In this document: positions 57,451 through 59,918 of the stretch, piece by piece
Position numbering within the stretch: position 1 is the first letter of the stretch
Layout of the letters: each line of letters starts with the position of its first letter
DNA from: a virus
Lineage: Duplodnaviria; Caudoviricetes
DNA: 59,918 nucleotides
Reading direction: 5' to 3' (one strand)
Virus record (IMG/VR): IMGVR_UViG_3300031825_000013
Location: 1 to 59,918 of that record
Translations under genes and position numbers: made by a program
Notes under the pieces: generated by a model
Seen by the model: only the letters and a program-made list of their open reading frames with translations
Told to the model about the DNA's origin: nothing
Databases searched by the model: none

Positions 57451-57713
57451 TTCGTCACCCTCTCTTTCGGCGCATCGTTGATCGCCGTTTCCACGCCGTC
57501 GATTTTCAGAATGAATACCATTTCATTTTCGAGGTAATTGCGCACTCCGTAGACTTGGCTGCGAAGATTTTGGGCTATCGTCGTTGCCGCTTCGTGGATG
57601 ATTGGCTTCATGCGCTCGGCCATGAGGTACGCGATTTCCTTTTGCAAGATGTCGTCAATGTGGTCGCCCATTAACGCGGCGATCTTCTCGGGACTTGCCT
57701 CGTACTGGATCAT
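57447..57713 (-). CDS. Hypothetical protein
   Basis: Coupled ORF. Confidence 0.6.
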   Translation of the reverse strand: MIQYEASPEKIAALMGDHIDDILQKEIAYLMAERMKPIIHEAATTIAQNLRSQVYGVRNYLENEMVFILKIDGVETAINDAPKERVTK

Positions 57714-58003
57714 CGCGTCACCTTTACGGGGATTGCGGGCGCATCGTTGATCGGCTCGCGGCCCAACCGCTTGATGGATTCGAGGAACTTTTCTGCGCCT
57801 GGATCAGTGAGGGGGGCGAGCTGGTCAGCCAAAATGCCAGAGATATCTCCCTCCGCATCCGAGGCCGCCGTGCGGTATCCGATCCGCCCTAGAGAATCGA
57901 AATCCGGTCCAGAGGTAATGACCGTCTCCACGCCGACAATCGGATCGCTCATGGGGTTGAAGCCAATAATCCGCACCCGCTGCCCCACATGGAATTTCGC
58001 CAT
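57710..58003 (-). CDS. Hypothetical protein (KFHVGQRVRI, SH3-like start)
   Basis: AGGGG RBS; coupled ORF. Confidence 0.6.
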   Translation of the reverse strand: MAKFHVGQRVRIIGFNPMSDPIVGVETVITSGPDFDSLGRIGYRTAASDAEGDISGILADQLAPLTDPGAEKFLESIKRLGREPINDAPAIPVKVTR

Positions 58004-58392
58004 CACATCCCCCTTTCGTGTACGAAGCCCGCGCAGTGGCCGATGGACTTGTCCGCGTTCCAGACTTCGTGAGTGAACAGGTCGAGTCCGTCCACGCTCA
58101 ACGCTCGTTTGGCTTCGTCCTCCGAGTAGAACGAATAGACGACGCACATCCCTCGCGGGGCAGGGAACGCGCACCCGCCACGGTTCGGATCACGCATCGG
58201 TGCGCCCTTGCAGATGAAGTCCATTTCATCGCGGTCCAACTCGATCCACTTGTGATCGGCGGACGGCGCATGAACGCGCTTCCACTTGAGATCAGGGGGG
58301 AACACGGCGCACCCTTGCGAGGTCAGGACACCGGCCAGGATCAGGAGCGCGAAGGCGAGCAGCAGCCAGAGCTTGCGGCGCCGGGGGGTCAT
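58003..58392 (-). CDS. Putative lipoprotein
   Basis: Basic N-terminus, hydrophobic core, SQGC. Confidence 0.55.
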   Translation of the reverse strand: MTPRRRKLWLLLAFALLILAGVLTSQGCAVFPPDLKWKRVHAPSADHKWIELDRDEMDFICKGAPMRDPNRGGCAFPAPRGMCVVYSFYSEDEAKRALSVDGLDLFTHEVWNADKSIGHCAGFVHERGM

Positions 58393-58661
58393 GGCTTCCT
58401 CGCGGCGGCAATGAAATCGCCTGCCTTGGCGGCCCGCTCGATGATGCCGTCCACCATGTTGTCGTAGAGGGCTTCATCGCTCGCGCCTTCACCATTCCGC
58501 GAGCAATCGAAGTCGATCATGTGCTGCCGCCACGCACGATACCGCTCCGCATTCGCACGCAGCTCCGCGTTCTCGGTTTCGAGCTTGCAGCCCTCCTCGA
58601 TCCCGCGCCCCTCTTTGGCCGCAAGCGTCATCCTCGGCGCCTTGCTCTCGTTCGCGCTCAT
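58389..58661 (-). CDS. Hypothetical protein
   Basis: NAERYRAW motif; coupled ORF. Confidence 0.6.
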   Translation of the reverse strand: MSANESKAPRMTLAAKEGRGIEEGCKLETENAELRANAERYRAWRQHMIDFDCSRNGEGASDEALYDNMVDGIIERAAKAGDFIAAARKP

Positions 58662-59188
58662 GCGTCACCTCTGATTGGAAGTGCGCGAAATGGCGCGAGG
58701 ATCGGGTCCGTGATCTGTGCGGCCTCTCGGTAAACGTCGATTACCTCGGGCGCAAACATGGCTCCAACCCTCGCCATGCCCGCCGCGTCCGAGTGGGTGC
58801 AGAACAGCGCTACATCGCCCCTGATGACGCCCGCGAACTCTTGGGCAGCCCCGAACAGGTAGGAGACATTGACGGGCTTTCGATCTAGCAGCGCCGCGAC
58901 GAAGGCCGACGCCCAATTGGGGTCCGCCTCGATGCAGTAAACGCGCTTCGCGTACAGCGACAAGTGAAAGGCCAGCAAGCCAATCCCGCCGCCAATCTCT
59001 ACTACTACCTTGCCCGCGATCCGGTCGGCCACGCTTCGCGCTACCGCGTCGGCAGTTTCATCGTCGTACACGGTAAGGATTCCAGCGGAGTTCACGCCGT
59101 GCCGCTCCATGTATCGCTCCAGGATTTCTGACCCCTCCATGCTTTCGTAGACTTGCTCCAGCAGCGGGCCAAGATCGTTCGCGCTCAT
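58658..59188 (-). CDS. Class I SAM-dependent methyltransferase-like protein
   Basis: VVVEIGGGIGLLA...VYCIEAD. Confidence 0.75.
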   Translation of the reverse strand: MSANDLGPLLEQVYESMEGSEILERYMERHGVNSAGILTVYDDETADAVARSVADRIAGKVVVEIGGGIGLLAFHLSLYAKRVYCIEADPNWASAFVAALLDRKPVNVSYLFGAAQEFAGVIRGDVALFCTHSDAAGMARVGAMFAPEVIDVYREAAQITDPILAPFRALPIRGDA

Positions 59189-59520
59189 GCGTCACCTCTG
59201 TTGGCGATTTCCAGCAGCACGTCGGCGTGGCAGGGCTTGTCGGGCGGGCACCAGCAGGCGAGGTTTTTGCCGCCCAGGTAGAAGCGGATGCTCTCGCGCG
59301 TGAACATGAAGCGCTTTCCAGCGCGGAGCTGCCCTTGTGGACGGGACACCATGCGTCGAAAGCGGCGCACCGCTTCCTTGGCGTCTGGCACGCCGAGCAT
59401 CCCGATCCGCCACGGGTTGCCGAACGCGAACGGCCGCGCCACGCTCACCGTGTTCGGCGGCAACTTCCATCCCTTCTTGCGCAAGAGTTGCACGCGCACC
59501 GGCTTGGTCGTCGCGCTCAT
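59185..59520 (-). CDS. DUF4326-like protein, copy 2
   Basis: VARPFAFGNPW...KNLACWCPPDKPCHADVLLEIAN. Confidence 0.8.
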   Translation of the reverse strand: MSATTKPVRVQLLRKKGWKLPPNTVSVARPFAFGNPWRIGMLGVPDAKEAVRRFRRMVSRPQGQLRAGKRFMFTRESIRFYLGGKNLACWCPPDKPCHADVLLEIANRGDA

Positions 59521-59918
59521 GGTGATGCCTCGACGAGCGCTCCGCCCTTCGCCTCGTACCAAACGCCAGCCTTGATCCCGCCCTCCCCGACGTACCCGAT
59601 AACGACGCGAGGGCGATCCGTTGCATCGCTGCGAACGACGAGGCAGCCGTCAGGGCCGGCCATCGCACGCGAGTCTCGGCCGAGTGCGGCGGCAATGCAT
59701 TTGTCGCCCGTTGTCGCGGCGTTGGCCCCCTCGCCCGTTGTCGCGGCGTGGGCCCAGTTGCCCGTTGTCGCGGCGTTGGCCCAGTTGCCCGTTGTCGCGG
59801 CGTTGGCCCCGTTGCCCGTTGTCGCGGCGTTGGCCCCGTTGCCCGTTGTCGCGGCGTTGGCCCAGTTGCCCGTTGTCGCGGCGTTGGCCCCGTTGCCCGT
59901 GGTCGCGGCGTGGGCCCA
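59517..59918 (-). CDS. 3' part of the 9-aa-repeat protein that starts at 639
   Basis: Repeat frame continues into DKCIAAALG...GIKAGVWYEAKGGALVEASP-stop (59517-59519); joined CDS is about 320 aa. Confidence 0.85.
   Translation of the reverse strand, partial: WAHAATTGNGANAATTGNWANAATTGNGANAATTGNGANAATTGNWANAATTGNWAHAATTGEGANAATTGDKCIAAALGRDSRAMAGPDGCLVVRSDATDRPRVVIGYVGEGGIKAGVWYEAKGGALVEASP
59706..59918 (-). repeat. 27-bp tandem repeat, about 8 units; includes terminal repeat copy 2 (59841-59918)
   Basis: Same unit as 1-282. Confidence 0.95.

Larger units (their letters stand above)
1..59918. mobile_element. Temperate tailed phage genome, apparently complete and circular (podovirus-like virion genes, lambdoid-like control)
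   Basis: Terminase, portal, capsid, tail/ejection, lysis, CI/Cro, integrase with attP and recombination genes are all present; no host housekeeping block; 78-bp identical terminal overlap. Confidence 0.93.

Noticed and set aside
1-59918. Complete DGR, retron or CRISPR-Cas system; alternative genetic code
   Set aside because: No reverse transcriptase or Cas motifs in any ORF; long genes read through normally with the standard code and all three stop codons are used

Overview
The window looks like the complete, circularly closed genome (about 59.8 kb) of a GC-rich temperate dsDNA phage. Positions 1-78 are identical to 59841-59918. Early and lysis control is lambdoid-style, and the head, tail and ejection module is podovirus-like. 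Order: CI/Cro switch with four ACCC-N6-GGGT operators; RusA, replication initiator, NUMOD4-HNH and Q-like genes; lysis cassette (GH19 endolysin, embedded Rz/Rz1); terminase; portal, scaffold and major capsid; methyltransferase plus glycosyltransferase; adaptor, tail and ejection proteins including a 2433-aa polyvalent protein; a four-gene hydrolase cluster; attP (tRNA 3' end), integrase and xis; and a long leftward early region (NADAR, SSB, KTSC, GroES, Exo, RecT, many small genes). The strongest candidate for something new is a ~660-bp gap without a credible ORF right after terL. It can fold into a ~530-nt, end-closed RNA with several long-range pseudoknots. Second is a set of single genes in the early region, each bracketed by short direct repeats that span the RBS and stop/start junction. 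All family assignments come from motif recognition by eye and all RNA structures from manual complementarity inspection. No searches or folding programs were run.
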